Positions 16,493-27,299 of a DNA stretch of 64,000 bases are shown here, piece after piece. How positions within the stretch are numbered: the first letter of the stretch is position 1; every line of letters starts with the position of its first letter. The notes below the pieces were generated by a model. It saw only the letters and a list, made by a program, of their open reading frames with translations, was not told the origin of the DNA and did no database searches. Source of the DNA: Rhodospirillales bacterium (GTDB taxonomy: Bacteria; Pseudomonadota; Alphaproteobacteria; Rhodospirillales; Casp-alpha2); NCBI GenBank assembly GCA_040219295.1, contig JAVJST010000005.1, positions 795,557 to 859,556 on the forward strand. Direction: 5' to 3'. The position numbers were made by a program, and so were the translations under genes.

Positions 16493-18328
16493 ATGCGAAC
16501 CTGCTCCCTTTTGCTCGTCGTCGGCGTCGTCCTGATGACAATGACCGGATGTGTGTCGACGCCGCTGTTCGTCGACGATATCCGTTCAAGCGATCCGGCG
16601 GGCGGCTCGGCCCTAGTCGTGCTGCCCGTTTCAGGCGTCGACGCCGACACCGGGCGCCGACTGGGTGAGAATATGGCATGGGGACTTCGCGAGGCCGGCT
16701 ACCCGGCTCTTTACGCGGATCAGCCGAACAAGCGGCAGCCGATCCTGCGCGGGGCGATCGATGAGACCGACTTCGGCGAGGAAGTCGTCTGGCTGTCGCT
16801 GCGATGGACCGTACACGCGCCTGCTGCCGAGACAGACGGCGGTCAGCTGGGGGAAATCGTCGGTGTGCACCGACATCAGGTCGCGACGACGATCGAACAG
16901 TGGGCGGTGTTATCGCGTCAGGCCGTCAACCTGATCGTTGCCGAGGCGGTACCGGCCGTTCACGAGATCTCGTCGTCGCTGATCTTCCCCGACGGCATGC
17001 CGGTCAGCACGGCGGGTGAGCTGCTGCCCGATCGGCAACTCGCTTCGCTGGGGGAGGTCAGCGAGGGCGACACAATCATCGTCTCGGGGGACGGCATGGT
17101 GGTTATGCCGGCTGAGACCGATTTGGCGAAATCCGGAACCGCGGTTACGCAGACTGCGCAGTTTGAGCCGGTGTTCGAGCCCGCAGCATCGGAAGCGCCA
17201 CTCGAGCCGGCTTCGGGGCCGGTCTTCCCGTCGGAGCCCGCGCCCGTGAAGGCCGCAACGGCCTTTGAACGTACTGTTCCGGAAGCGCCACCGCCCAAGC
17301 CTGACGCAACGCGGATTAAGCAGGCCGAGATCATGCCGAAGCCGACGGGTCAGCTTCTGAACACGAGGGACGACATCGACGAACTGCCATCCGTTCCGCG
17401 GGACCCGGTTGCCAGCGAGGTCGTTTCGACAAGCGCCGGCGGGGCCAAGGACGGCGTTTCACCGTTCACCGCAATCGATGACGATCTTTCGGCCTTCAGT
17501 GACGCCGAGGTCTTGACGCCGACGTCAGCGGCCCTGGTGACCACTGATCCATGGCTGACCATCAACGAGCCCGTGCGCCCGTCGGAAACAACGGTCCCCT
17601 CGGAAGCTGCGACGGCCGATGATCAGTCGGGAAATCAGGTTTCCGAACCCGAATCCCCGGATTCTTCGGATGAAGTCCAAGTGATCGTCTCAAACGCCGA
17701 ACCGCCACCACTGCCGCCGGCCGCACCGGATATGACGAATGGCGCCCAGGAAGCCGGTGCGTTTGGCCAGCCGGTCAGCGAAACGGTGGTTGCCGAGACG
17801 CCGGCGGAGGAGGTGCCCGCATCGCCAGACGTCGAGGAGGGCGCCCGGTCGACCGAGTTGGCGTCGGGAGAGATTTCCGCCGGTGCGCTCGATGCCCGGG
17901 CCGCCCCCAATGCGGGACGGCCGGTCTTCATCGTTCGGAACGTTACCGGTGCGCCCGGCGACGGCAATGCCGCCCTGACCCGTGCCATCAGGGGGGCGCT
18001 GCGCCAGATATCCGCCGCCGTCACGGACGATCCAACTCAGGCGACGCATGTTCTTCAGGGTAGCGTGCGGGTCGATTCGCCCTTTGCCGGCCGCCAGAAA
18101 GTTCGCATCGTCTGGCAGGTAACCGAGATAGACGGTACAGAGACCGGCAAGGCAATGCAGGAAAACCAGGTCCCCCAAGGCAGCCTTGACGGAGCCTGGG
18201 GCGGGACGGCCGACAAGGTCGCTGAAGCGGCTGTCGTTGGTGTCGCCGGGCTGTTTTCCGACTCTATCTCGGCGACGAAAACACAAGGCCTGTCACAACC
18301 CGATCTGCCACATGTCGGCAACGACTAA
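16493..18328 (+). CDS. large lipoprotein: two GAPGDGN-type domains separated by a ~315-aa Pro/Glu/Ala/Ser-rich linker
   Basis: Signal plus lipobox-like LMTMTG|C. The N-terminal domain is aa ~40-158 and the low-complexity linker is aa ~160-475. The C-terminal domain (aa ~476-588) reads FIVRNVTGAPGDGNAALTRAIRG...VRIVWQVTEIDGTETG and aligns to 15869-16390. Confidence 0.7.
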   Translation: MRTCSLLLVVGVVLMTMTGCVSTPLFVDDIRSSDPAGGSALVVLPVSGVDADTGRRLGENMAWGLREAGYPALYADQPNKRQPILRGAIDETDFGEEVVWLSLRWTVHAPAAETDGGQLGEIVGVHRHQVATTIEQWAVLSRQAVNLIVAEAVPAVHEISSSLIFPDGMPVSTAGELLPDRQLASLGEVSEGDTIIVSGDGMVVMPAETDLAKSGTAVTQTAQFEPVFEPAASEAPLEPASGPVFPSEPAPVKAATAFERTVPEAPPPKPDATRIKQAEIMPKPTGQLLNTRDDIDELPSVPRDPVASEVVSTSAGGAKDGVSPFTAIDDDLSAFSDAEVLTPTSAALVTTDPWLTINEPVRPSETTVPSEAATADDQSGNQVSEPESPDSSDEVQVIVSNAEPPPLPPAAPDMTNGAQEAGAFGQPVSETVVAETPAEEVPASPDVEEGARSTELASGEISAGALDARAAPNAGRPVFIVRNVTGAPGDGNAALTRAIRGALRQISAAVTDDPTQATHVLQGSVRVDSPFAGRQKVRIVWQVTEIDGTETGKAMQENQVPQGSLDGAWGGTADKVAEAAVVGVAGLFSDSISATKTQGLSQPDLPHVGND

Positions 18329-18491
18329 AAAACGCCGGAAAGCCGCGCCTATCGGGTCTCCGCGGTTTACTTGATATGACCGCGCTGTTACATTCCGGCC
18401 CGTCCCGCACGGGGGTAAAGGGAATTGGTGCGGAGTATCCTGGAGGGTTTGCCGGGGCTTGTTTCAGGGGCCGCCGCAATCAGTTGATGAC

Positions 18492-19424
18492 ATGAAAATT
18501 CTTGCTTGTAACAGCAATCGACCGCTGGCCGAGGCGATTGGCGCGTATCTCAATCTGCCGCTGACGAAGGCCAGCGTCCGACGTTTCTCGGACATGGAAG
18601 TCTTCGTCGAGATCCAAGAGAATATTCGTGGCGAGGATGTCTTCGTCATTCAGTCGACGTCCTATCCGGCCAACGACAATCTGATGGAGTTGCTGGTATC
18701 ACTGGACGCGCTCAAGCGCAGTTCGGCGCGACGGATTACCGCGGTGATCCCCTACTTCGGATACGCTCGTCAGGATCGAAAGTCCGGGCCGCGAACGCCG
18801 ATCTCGGCAAAGCTGGTGGCAAACCTGATCACCGAGGCGGGCGCCGATCGAGTCCTGACGGTCGATCTGCATGCTGGCCAGATTCAAGGATTCTTCGATA
18901 TTCCGACCGACAATCTCTACGCAGCACCTGTCCTCAGCAAGGACATCTCGGACCGCTACAACGGCGACGACCTGGTGATGGTGTCGCCCGACGTTGGTGG
19001 TGTGATCCGTGCGCGTGGCATGGCCAAGCGGATCAACGCCGATCTGGCAATCATTGACAAGCGCCGCGAACGGGCCGGGGTTTCAGAAGTCATGAACATC
19101 ATCGGCGATGTCGACGGGCGCCGCTGCATCCTGATTGACGACATAGTCGATTCCGCGGGTACGCTCTGCAACGCCGCCGTTGCGCTCAAGGAGGCCGGCG
19201 CGACCGACGTTTCCGCCTATGTCACCCACGGCGTTTTATCGGGCGGTGCTGTCGCGCGCGTCGCCGCTTCGCCGATCGAACGCCTCGTGATCACCGATAG
19301 TATCCAGGCGACCGAGGCCGTCCGCGTGACGCAGAATATCGAACAATTGACAATTGCCCCCTTGATGGCGGAGGCGATTCACCGTATCAACCACGAATCT
19401 TCGGTCTCGAGCCTTTTCGATTAA
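18492..19424 (+). CDS. prs: ribose-phosphate pyrophosphokinase
   Basis: [16 protein letters not shown]..., [33 protein letters not shown] and [10 protein letters not shown] prefer ATG 18492 over the track start at 18459. Confidence 0.92.
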   Translation: MKILACNSNRPLAEAIGAYLNLPLTKASVRRFSDMEVFVEIQENIRGEDVFVIQSTSYPANDNLMELLVSLDALKRSSARRITAVIPYFGYARQDRKSGPRTPISAKLVANLITEAGADRVLTVDLHAGQIQGFFDIPTDNLYAAPVLSKDISDRYNGDDLVMVSPDVGGVIRARGMAKRINADLAIIDKRRERAGVSEVMNIIGDVDGRRCILIDDIVDSAGTLCNAAVALKEAGATDVSAYVTHGVLSGGAVARVAASPIERLVITDSIQATEAVRVTQNIEQLTIAPLMAEAIHRINHESSVSSLFD

Positions 19425-19446
19425 GCGAGTTTCGGACCGAATTTCC

Positions 19447-19475
19447 TGCCGGCACCCCTGGAGGCCGGCATTTTG
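19447..19475 (+). terminator. Rho-independent terminator after prs
   Basis: TGCCGGC (19447-53) pairs with GCCGGCA (19464-70) around a 10-nt loop, followed by TTTTG. Confidence 0.65.
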
Positions 19476-19498
19476 TGTTAGTTATTGGAGTGAGTTAA

Positions 19499-20194
19499 AT
19501 GGTTGATTTCATTCCCATTGCAGCAGAGCTGCGGGAACGGGCAGGTAAGGGGGCAGCCCGGTCAACGCGACGCGAAGGTCGTGTTCCGGCTGTCATTTAC
19601 GGAAACAAGCAGGAACCGGTTCTGATTTCTCTGGACCCTGTGGAACTGAAGAAGCAGTTCCGCGGCGGAACGTTCTTTTCGCACGTCTACGAGATCGAAG
19701 TCGGCGACGAAAAGGCCCAGGTGCTGGCGCGTGATCTGCAGCTGCATCCGGTTACGGACGAACCGATCCACGTCGACTTCATGCGCTTCAGCCCGCGCAC
19801 TAAACTGTCGTTCGACATCCCGGTTCACTTCGAGAACGAGGAAGCCAGCCCGGGCCTGCGTTCCGGCGGCGTTCTCAACGTCGTCAGGCACACGGTCGAA
19901 CTACTGTGCTCGCCGCTGAACATCCCCGAGTTCCTGACTGCCGATCTCTCCGGTCTGGACGTCGGCGACGGTATCCACATCAGCAATATCACCCTTCCCG
20001 AAGGCGTGACGCCGACGATCACGGATCGCGACTTCACCATTGCGACGATCGCCGCGCCGACTGTCTACGTCGAGGAAGAGCCCGAAGATGAAGATGCCGA
20101 GGGCGTCGAGGGTGAAGACGGCGAGGAAGCCGAAGGCGAAGACTCTGGTGAAGGCGGCGACGCCGAAGAGGGCGACGGCGGCGACGACGATTAA
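19499..20194 (+). CDS. rplY: 50S ribosomal protein L25/Ctc with an acidic C-terminal tail
   Basis: RREGRVPAVIYG, HPVTDEPIHVDF and NVVRHTVELLC motifs, ending in a Glu/Asp/Gly-rich tail. Confidence 0.9.
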   Translation: MVDFIPIAAELRERAGKGAARSTRREGRVPAVIYGNKQEPVLISLDPVELKKQFRGGTFFSHVYEIEVGDEKAQVLARDLQLHPVTDEPIHVDFMRFSPRTKLSFDIPVHFENEEASPGLRSGGVLNVVRHTVELLCSPLNIPEFLTADLSGLDVGDGIHISNITLPEGVTPTITDRDFTIATIAAPTVYVEEEPEDEDAEGVEGEDGEEAEGEDSGEGGDAEEGDGGDDD

Positions 20195-20215
20195 GCCGCC
20201 CCGGGGAGACGAGTC

Positions 20216-20836
20216 ATGCGACTGCTGGTCGGACTCGGCAATCCCGGTCCAGAATATGCTCGCAACAGGCACAATGTCGGTTTCATGGCGGCGGACGAGA
20301 TTGTCCGCCGCCATGACTTTTCCGCGTTTCGCGGCGGCAAGTTCCAGGGAGAACTTGCCGAAGGTGTGCTCGGCGGGCGCAAAATACTGATCCTCAAGCC
20401 GATGACATACATGAACGAGTCGGGACGCAGCGTTCATTCCTGCGCGACGTTCTACAGGATCGCCCCTGAGGACATCGTCGTCATGCACGACGAACTGGAT
20501 CTCGCCGGCGGCAAGGTCAGAATGAAACGCGGTGGCGGTCATGCCGGGCACAATGGACTGCGCAGTATCCACGCCCACCTCGGCGAGGCATACGGCCGGG
20601 TGCGGATCGGCATCGGCCATCCGGGCGACAAGGCCCGGGTCAAGGGCTACGTCCTCAAAGACTTCTCAAGAGCCGAGATGGCGTGGGTTGAACCCATGAT
20701 CGACAGTATTGCCGACAACGCAACGTATCTTGCCGAGAATGATGATGCGCGCTTCCAGAGCCGCGTCGCCGAAGACATCCGGCCAGTGCTCGAGGAAATC
20801 GCGGCGCGCGAAGCAAGGCAGAAGGAGAACGGCTGA
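20216..20836 (+). CDS. pth: peptidyl-tRNA hydrolase
   Basis: MRLLVGLGNPGPEYARNRHNVGFM, YMNESG, HDELDL and GHNGLRS motifs. Confidence 0.93.
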   Translation: MRLLVGLGNPGPEYARNRHNVGFMAADEIVRRHDFSAFRGGKFQGELAEGVLGGRKILILKPMTYMNESGRSVHSCATFYRIAPEDIVVMHDELDLAGGKVRMKRGGGHAGHNGLRSIHAHLGEAYGRVRIGIGHPGDKARVKGYVLKDFSRAEMAWVEPMIDSIADNATYLAENDDARFQSRVAEDIRPVLEEIAAREARQKENG

Positions 20837-21936
20837 TGGGTTTCAACTGCGGCATCGTCGGCCTTCCGAATGTCGGAAAATCCACTCTTTTTAACGCATT
20901 GACGGCGACCGCCGCGGCCGAGGCGGCGAACTTCCCGTTCTGCACGATCGAGCCGAATGTCGGTCGTGTTGCCGTGCCTGATGAGCGCCTGGACAAGATT
21001 GCGGCGATCGCCAAGTCGGCCAAGGTCGTCCCGACCCAACTCGAGTTTGTCGACATCGCCGGCCTTGTTCGAGGCGCTTCGAAAGGCGAGGGGTTGGGCA
21101 ATCAGTTTCTCGGCAACATTCGCGAGGTCGCGGCGATCGTTCACGTGCTGCGCTGTTTCGAGGATGGAAACGTAACCCACGTCGACAACACCGTGGATCC
21201 GGTTCGCGATGCCGAGACCGTCGAAACCGAACTCATGCTGGCCGATCTTGAAAGCCTCGAGAAACGTATCACGCCGCTTGAGAAGCGGATTCGCGGTGGC
21301 GACAAGGACGCTAGGGTTCAGATGGCGCTTGTCGAGCGATCGCTCGACGTGTTGCGCGACGGTAAACCGGCCCGGCTCGTCGCGGTCGCCGAGGACGAGC
21401 GCAAGCAGTTCCGCATGCTCCAGCTGCTGACGGCGAAGCCGGTCCTTTATGTCTGCAACGTTGAGGAAGAGAATGCGGCAACGGGCAATGCCTATGCCGA
21501 ACAGGTCGCCGGAATGGCAGCCTGTCAAGGCGCTGAGAGCGTCGTGATCTCGGCCAAGATCGAGGAAGAGATTTCTCAGCTGACCGATCCGGTGGAGCGT
21601 GCGGAGTTCCTTGAGACGCTCGGTCTTGAGGAAACCGGTCTGGCCCGGGTCGTCCGTGCCGGTTATGCGCTTCTTGATTTGATCACGTTCTTTACTGCCG
21701 GACCGAAGGAGTCACGGGCCTGGACCGTCCGTCGCGGGGCTAAGGCGCCGGAAGCCGCCGGCGAGATTCACACCGACTTTGAACGCGGGTTCATCCGTGC
21801 TGAGACGATCTCCTACGTCGACTACATTTCACTGAACGGCGAGCAGGGCGCCAAGGACGCCGGCAAGATGCGTCAGGAGGGTCGGGACTATCCGGTCAAG
21901 GACGGCGATATCATGCTGTTCCGTTTCAACGTCTGA
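20836..21936 (+). CDS. ychF: redox-regulated ATPase YchF
   Basis: MGFNCGIVGLPNVGKSTLFNALT, FCTIEPNVG, FVDIAGLVRGAS and a C-terminal TGS/YchF domain (DGDIMLFRFNV). Confidence 0.93.
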   Translation: MGFNCGIVGLPNVGKSTLFNALTATAAAEAANFPFCTIEPNVGRVAVPDERLDKIAAIAKSAKVVPTQLEFVDIAGLVRGASKGEGLGNQFLGNIREVAAIVHVLRCFEDGNVTHVDNTVDPVRDAETVETELMLADLESLEKRITPLEKRIRGGDKDARVQMALVERSLDVLRDGKPARLVAVAEDERKQFRMLQLLTAKPVLYVCNVEEENAATGNAYAEQVAGMAACQGAESVVISAKIEEEISQLTDPVERAEFLETLGLEETGLARVVRAGYALLDLITFFTAGPKESRAWTVRRGAKAPEAAGEIHTDFERGFIRAETISYVDYISLNGEQGAKDAGKMRQEGRDYPVKDGDIMLFRFNV

Positions 21937-21983
21937 GTTGCCCGCCATAATCTTCCATCACGCGTTTTTTACTCCGCGATTCG

Positions 21984-22481
21984 ATGAAACGGGCTCATAG
22001 TTTCGGGATGAACCCGGTTGAAAGGGCCGCATTCCACTCCGTCGGAAAGGCGAGCGGTTTCGCCTTGCTGGGGATCTTCTGCATATCCTTTGGGTTCATG
22101 TTCCGACCCCCGCTTGCCGCTTTTTCCGGCGGTGTATTGTGCCTTGCGCTCTCTCTCGTTCTTCGCGGCTTCGCGCACTGGTGCTGGCGCCGGCCTTACC
22201 GTAAGACCGAGACGTGGCTTCTGATCCTGCAGGATGACCGTCCTCCTGCTGGCATCGCCCAGCGGGTCGTCGGCGTCGCTCTGCAGTCCGCCTATCTCTG
22301 GTTTGCCCGCCAGTCGGCTGTTTACGGTGCGGTCCTGCTGGCGGCCTCGATTGCGCTCAGCTTCATGGGTGTCGAATATCTCGAGGCCGGCGGCCTAAAC
22401 GACGATCCCGGCAACCGGGCAGCACCTTTCCTCGCGTCGTTGAAATCGTCGACCCCCAGGGGTATCGCGCTAACGCCCTAG
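21984..22481 (+). CDS. hypothetical membrane protein
   Basis: 165-aa ORF with ~4 hydrophobic segments. I recognise no family. Its coding status rests on ORF length and the lack of a competing gene. Confidence 0.45.
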   Translation: MKRAHSFGMNPVERAAFHSVGKASGFALLGIFCISFGFMFRPPLAAFSGGVLCLALSLVLRGFAHWCWRRPYRKTETWLLILQDDRPPAGIAQRVVGVALQSAYLWFARQSAVYGAVLLAASIALSFMGVEYLEAGGLNDDPGNRAAPFLASLKSSTPRGIALTP

Positions 22482-22554
22482 ACGGTTTGGTGGTGGTTTC
22501 TCTGCCCGACGGTATCAGCTAATCTCCCCTCACCAGACGAGGAGCGGGCCATCC

Positions 22555-23442
22555 ATGAGCGAGACCAGAACACCGCCGGTCATCGGCATTATCGGCGGCA
22601 GCGGTTTATACGAGATTGACGGCCTCGAGGAGGCACGTTGGGAAACCATCGAGAGCACGTTCGGTTCGCCATCGGACCAGGTGCTGCGTGGCCGTCTCGA
22701 CGGCGTCGAGATGGTCTTCCTGCCGCGCCACGGGCGCGGGCATAGGCATTCGCCGAGCACGATCAACTACAGGGCCAACATCGATGCCCTAAAGCGCGCT
22801 GGGGTTACCGAGGTACTCTCGGTCAGCGCCTGCGGTTCCCTGAAGGAAGACCTGACGCCAGGGACCTTCGTGATTGTCGACCAGTTTATCGACCGCACAT
22901 TCGCCCGGGAGAAGAGTTTCTTCGGCGAGGGCATGGTTGCGCATGTTAGTATGGCCCACCCTGTCTGCGGCCGGCTCGGCCGGCTTCTGTTCGAAACGGC
23001 GAACGAGATCGGCATTCGCGCCGTGCACGGCGGCACATATCTGACCATGGAAGGCCCGCAGTTTTCGACCTTGGCGGAATCGGAACTCTACCATTCATGG
23101 GGCTGTCACGTAATCGGGATGACCAACATGCCGGAGGCCAAATTGGCACGCGAGGCGGAAATCTGTTACGCGACGGTTGCCATGGTGACCGATTACGATT
23201 GCTGGCACCCGGACCACGATGCCGTCACCGTCGATGCGATCATCAAGGTTCTGCTAGAGAATGCCGACAACGGCCGCTCACTGGTCAAGGCCGTTGTGCC
23301 CAAGCTGAAGGGGCGAACACACATCTGCGATCAGGGTTGTCATACCGCGCTTGAGAACGCCTTGATTACGGCGCCCGAGGCGCGCGACCCCGCGTTGCTT
23401 GCCAGACTCGACGCTGTCGCCGGACGATTTCTGAACGGATAA
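22555..23442 (+). CDS. mtnP: S-methyl-5'-thioadenosine phosphorylase
   Basis: [52 protein letters not shown] and VTDYD motifs. Confidence 0.9.
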   Translation: MSETRTPPVIGIIGGSGLYEIDGLEEARWETIESTFGSPSDQVLRGRLDGVEMVFLPRHGRGHRHSPSTINYRANIDALKRAGVTEVLSVSACGSLKEDLTPGTFVIVDQFIDRTFAREKSFFGEGMVAHVSMAHPVCGRLGRLLFETANEIGIRAVHGGTYLTMEGPQFSTLAESELYHSWGCHVIGMTNMPEAKLAREAEICYATVAMVTDYDCWHPDHDAVTVDAIIKVLLENADNGRSLVKAVVPKLKGRTHICDQGCHTALENALITAPEARDPALLARLDAVAGRFLNG

Positions 23443-23443
23443 C

Positions 23444-24544
23444 GTGATCATGCTTGTCGACGGGAGACCCTATCGCACCATATGGCTCGCCGATGACGGC
23501 GAGACCGTCGAGATCATCGACCAGACGAAGTTGCCACATGTGTTTGAGATTGCTCGCCTGACACAGCTGTCGGACGCGGTAGCAGCCATTCGCCAGATGC
23601 TAGTCCGCGGCGCGCCCTTGATCGGCGCGACTGCTGCCTACGGCATGGCGCTGGCTATGCGTGAGAACCCTTCGGATGATGCATTCGCGGCTGCTTATGA
23701 GAATTTACTGGCGGCGCGCCCGACGGCGGTCAACCTGCGCTGGGCGCTCGACCGAATGAAGCATCGGCTATCGCCGCTTGCTCCGGGCAACCGAGCGGCG
23801 ACGGCCTATGCGACCGCTGCCGAGATCTGTGACGAGGACGTCGAGATCTGTTCCGCTATCGGCGAACACGGTTACGATATCATCGCCGAGATCGCAGCGC
23901 GAAAACCGGTCGGCGAGCCGGTCAATATCTTGACCCACTGCAACGCCGGCTGGCTCGCCACCGTGGATTGGGGCACGGCGACGTCACCGATTTACAAGGC
24001 CCATGACTCAGGCATACCCGTTCACGTCTGGGTTGACGAAACCCGGCCACGCAACCAGGGCGCCAGCCTGACGGCATGGGAACTCAAGGGGCACGCCGTG
24101 CCGCATACCCTGATCGTCGACAATGCCGGCGGTCATCTGATGCAGCACGGCCAGGTCGACCTCTGCATCACCGGTACCGATCGCACGACCCGGACGGGCG
24201 ACGTCTGCAACAAGATAGGCACCTACCTGAAGGCGCTGGCGGCGCACGACAACGGCGTACCGTTCTACGTCGCGCTCCCGGGACCGACCATTGACTGGAC
24301 GCTGAGCGACGGCGTCGTTGGCGTGCCGATCGAGGAACGCGACGGTGCTGAGGTGACGCGCATGACGGGTCGGACGGACTCCGGCGTGATCGAGACGATT
24401 ACCATCACGGCCGACGGGGTCAAAGCCGGCAATCCGGCGTTCGACGTCACGCCGGCGCGACTGGTAACCGGCCTGATCACCGAAAGGGGTATTGCCGAGG
24501 CCTCTGAGCCGGGCCTTCGCGCACTCTATCCGGATGCGGCATAG
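23444..24544 (+). CDS. mtnA: S-methyl-5-thioribose-1-phosphate isomerase
   Basis: [46 protein letters not shown] and NKIGTY motifs. Start at GTG 23444 or ATG 23450. Confidence 0.9.
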   Translation: MIMLVDGRPYRTIWLADDGETVEIIDQTKLPHVFEIARLTQLSDAVAAIRQMLVRGAPLIGATAAYGMALAMRENPSDDAFAAAYENLLAARPTAVNLRWALDRMKHRLSPLAPGNRAATAYATAAEICDEDVEICSAIGEHGYDIIAEIAARKPVGEPVNILTHCNAGWLATVDWGTATSPIYKAHDSGIPVHVWVDETRPRNQGASLTAWELKGHAVPHTLIVDNAGGHLMQHGQVDLCITGTDRTTRTGDVCNKIGTYLKALAAHDNGVPFYVALPGPTIDWTLSDGVVGVPIEERDGAEVTRMTGRTDSGVIETITITADGVKAGNPAFDVTPARLVTGLITERGIAEASEPGLRALYPDAA

Positions 24545-24558
24545 GCGGTAGGATTCTC

Positions 24559-25254
24559 ATGCGTATCGCCGTTGTCGAACATCACGATCACCCGTCCGTC
24601 GCCGTTGTCGGCGAAACGCTGGCGGCCGCGGGCGCCGATCTCGACATGATCTGGGGCGCGCAGGGCGATCCGATGCCGACGCAGGGTTCGCATGACGCGC
24701 TCGTGGTGCTCGGTGGCGCGATGAATGCCGCCGACGACGAAACCTGTCCGTACTTTCCAACACTGGTCGACTCGATCAGAGGGTTTGCAGCGGCAGACAA
24801 GCCGGTCTTGGGAATCTGTCTCGGTGCGCAACTGATCGCCCGCGCGTTCGGAGCCGAGTTGCAGATCGGCGGACCGTTTGAATTCGGGTTCCAGGAAATC
24901 GTGCCGTTGCCGGCGGCGGCCGACGATCCGGTGATGAACATCCTCGAACGGCCGCTTCCCTTGTTCCAGTGGCATTACGATCACTATGACTTGCCGGAAG
25001 GCGCCGTCAGACTGGCCACCAACGAGGCCTATCCGAACCAGTCCTTCCGGATCGGCCGCGCGACCTACGGAACGCAATTTCACTTCGAGGTCGATAAGCC
25101 GACGGTCGACCAGTGGGTCGTGAGCAATCCGAATCTCGCCGAGAACGCGCCCGGTTTCGAGACATGGCTGCCGGTCCAGTTCGAGAACCACGAGGCGGGA
25201 TCTCGGGCGTTCTGCCGTGAGGTCACAACGCGCTGGGCCGCGCTGGCTGGTTAG
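24559..25254 (+). CDS. class I glutamine amidotransferase-like protein
   Basis: GATase1 nucleophile elbow PVLGICLGAQLIA and the His-Glu pair in GTQFHFE. Confidence 0.8.
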   Translation: MRIAVVEHHDHPSVAVVGETLAAAGADLDMIWGAQGDPMPTQGSHDALVVLGGAMNAADDETCPYFPTLVDSIRGFAAADKPVLGICLGAQLIARAFGAELQIGGPFEFGFQEIVPLPAAADDPVMNILERPLPLFQWHYDHYDLPEGAVRLATNEAYPNQSFRIGRATYGTQFHFEVDKPTVDQWVVSNPNLAENAPGFETWLPVQFENHEAGSRAFCREVTTRWAALAG

Positions 25255-25834
25255 TCCGCTCGCTAGTGGAAATGGTCAGACGACGACGAGCAGACAAGCC
25301 GAAAGAATCTTTCGGGAATCGTCGAAAATCGCCGGCTTCTCACCGCGCCAGCGGGTGTAGTGCGTGCTGCCCGGCGCTTCGCCAGCGGCGAGCGCATCGA
25401 GGGTGCGACCTGTCTCGGCGATGAAGTTGGACAATCGTTTCAGATGGTTGGCGCGGTACGTCTCGGCGTGCAGGGCTTCCATGCGCATATGAAACAGAGA
25501 GCTTCGCGCTCTCGGCGCGAGGACCAGTTCTTGGCCCGGTAAAGCCAACGCAGCCCACGCCGCCGCGGCAGCCCGATAGCGCCGTTTCGCCATGTGTTCA
25601 AGGCCGAGAGTACGGAATATCCACGCTGCGTTGGCCGATGCGGCGAGCGCGCGGTGATCGTCGCGAGGAAACGAAGTTGCTGCGAGCAGCCAGGCCAACC
25701 CTAAAGCGATAAGGGCTGCGCCGGTATCTCCCGCCAACTGTGCGCGATTGCCCCGTTCAGACAGGCGTTCCCACCAGAGATCGACGCGCCGCCATCCGGC
25801 TGTGCGCGCGGTGCGCATTTCCCGATCGCGAATG

Positions 25835-26531
<697 letters not shown>

Positions 26532-26542
<11 letters not shown>

Positions 26543-27299
26543 GGTGTCCGCCTCCAAGGTAGGCCTCGATGACCGCCGGGTGTTCCCTGATCTCCCTCGG
26601 ACCGCCCTCCGCCAGCAGCTTGCCGAAGCTCATGCACGTGATACGGTCGCACAGGCCCATGATCGCCTTCATGTCGTGTTCGACGATCAGGATCGTGACC
26701 TTCTCGTCTCGAAGCTTGCGCATCAGCTCCATCATGCGGCCTGTCTCTTCCGGGTTCATGCCGGTGAACGGCTCGTCGAGCAGCATGATGTCCGGATGCG
26801 CCGCATAGGCGACAGCGAGCCCGAGGGCGCGCTGATGTCCGTGCGACAGGTCGCCGGCCCGTTCGTCGGCGAGCGACGCGAGACCGAAAAACTCGAGGGA
26901 CTCGCGGGCGCGAGCCTCGGCGCCCCGACGGTCCTCGTGGTCCCAGCCGAACAGCGCGGCGAAGATGTTCGGGCGGAACGGCAAGTGGGTGCCGACGAGG
27001 GCGTTCTCGAGCACGGTCATCTGAGCAAACAGCGTGGAATGCTGAAACGTTCGGATGACGCCGCGCCGCGCCACCTCGTGCATGCGGAGGTTCGATATGG
27101 TCTCGCCGCGTAGACGCACCCGGCCGGCTGTCGGTTTGTAGAAGCCGGATATGGCGTTGAACGTGGTCGTCTTGCCGGCACCGTTCGGTCCGATCAGCCC
27201 GTGAATGGCGCCGTGTTCAACGACGAAACTGAGTCCGTCGACGGCGGTCAGGCCGCCGAATTGCATCACGAGACCGTCGATTTCGAGGAACGCGGTCAT
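26532..27299 (-). CDS. livG: branched-chain amino acid-type ABC transporter ATP-binding protein (LivG-like)
   Basis: GPNGAGKTTTFN, LSHGHQRAL and MLLDEPFTGM motifs. The true start is MTAFLEIDGL at 27299, in an ATGA overlap with the upstream permease. The 453-aa track ORF is an artefactual extension. Confidence 0.85.

Noticed and set aside
18395-18480. Possible cobalamin riboswitch upstream of prs (the AAAGGGAA-N2-GGUG-...-CC segment).
   Set aside because: There is no B12 box and no GCCACUG-like element, and the leader is too short (~160 nt). The gene context (PRPP synthetase) does not fit B12 regulation, so the resemblance is limited to a few nucleotides.
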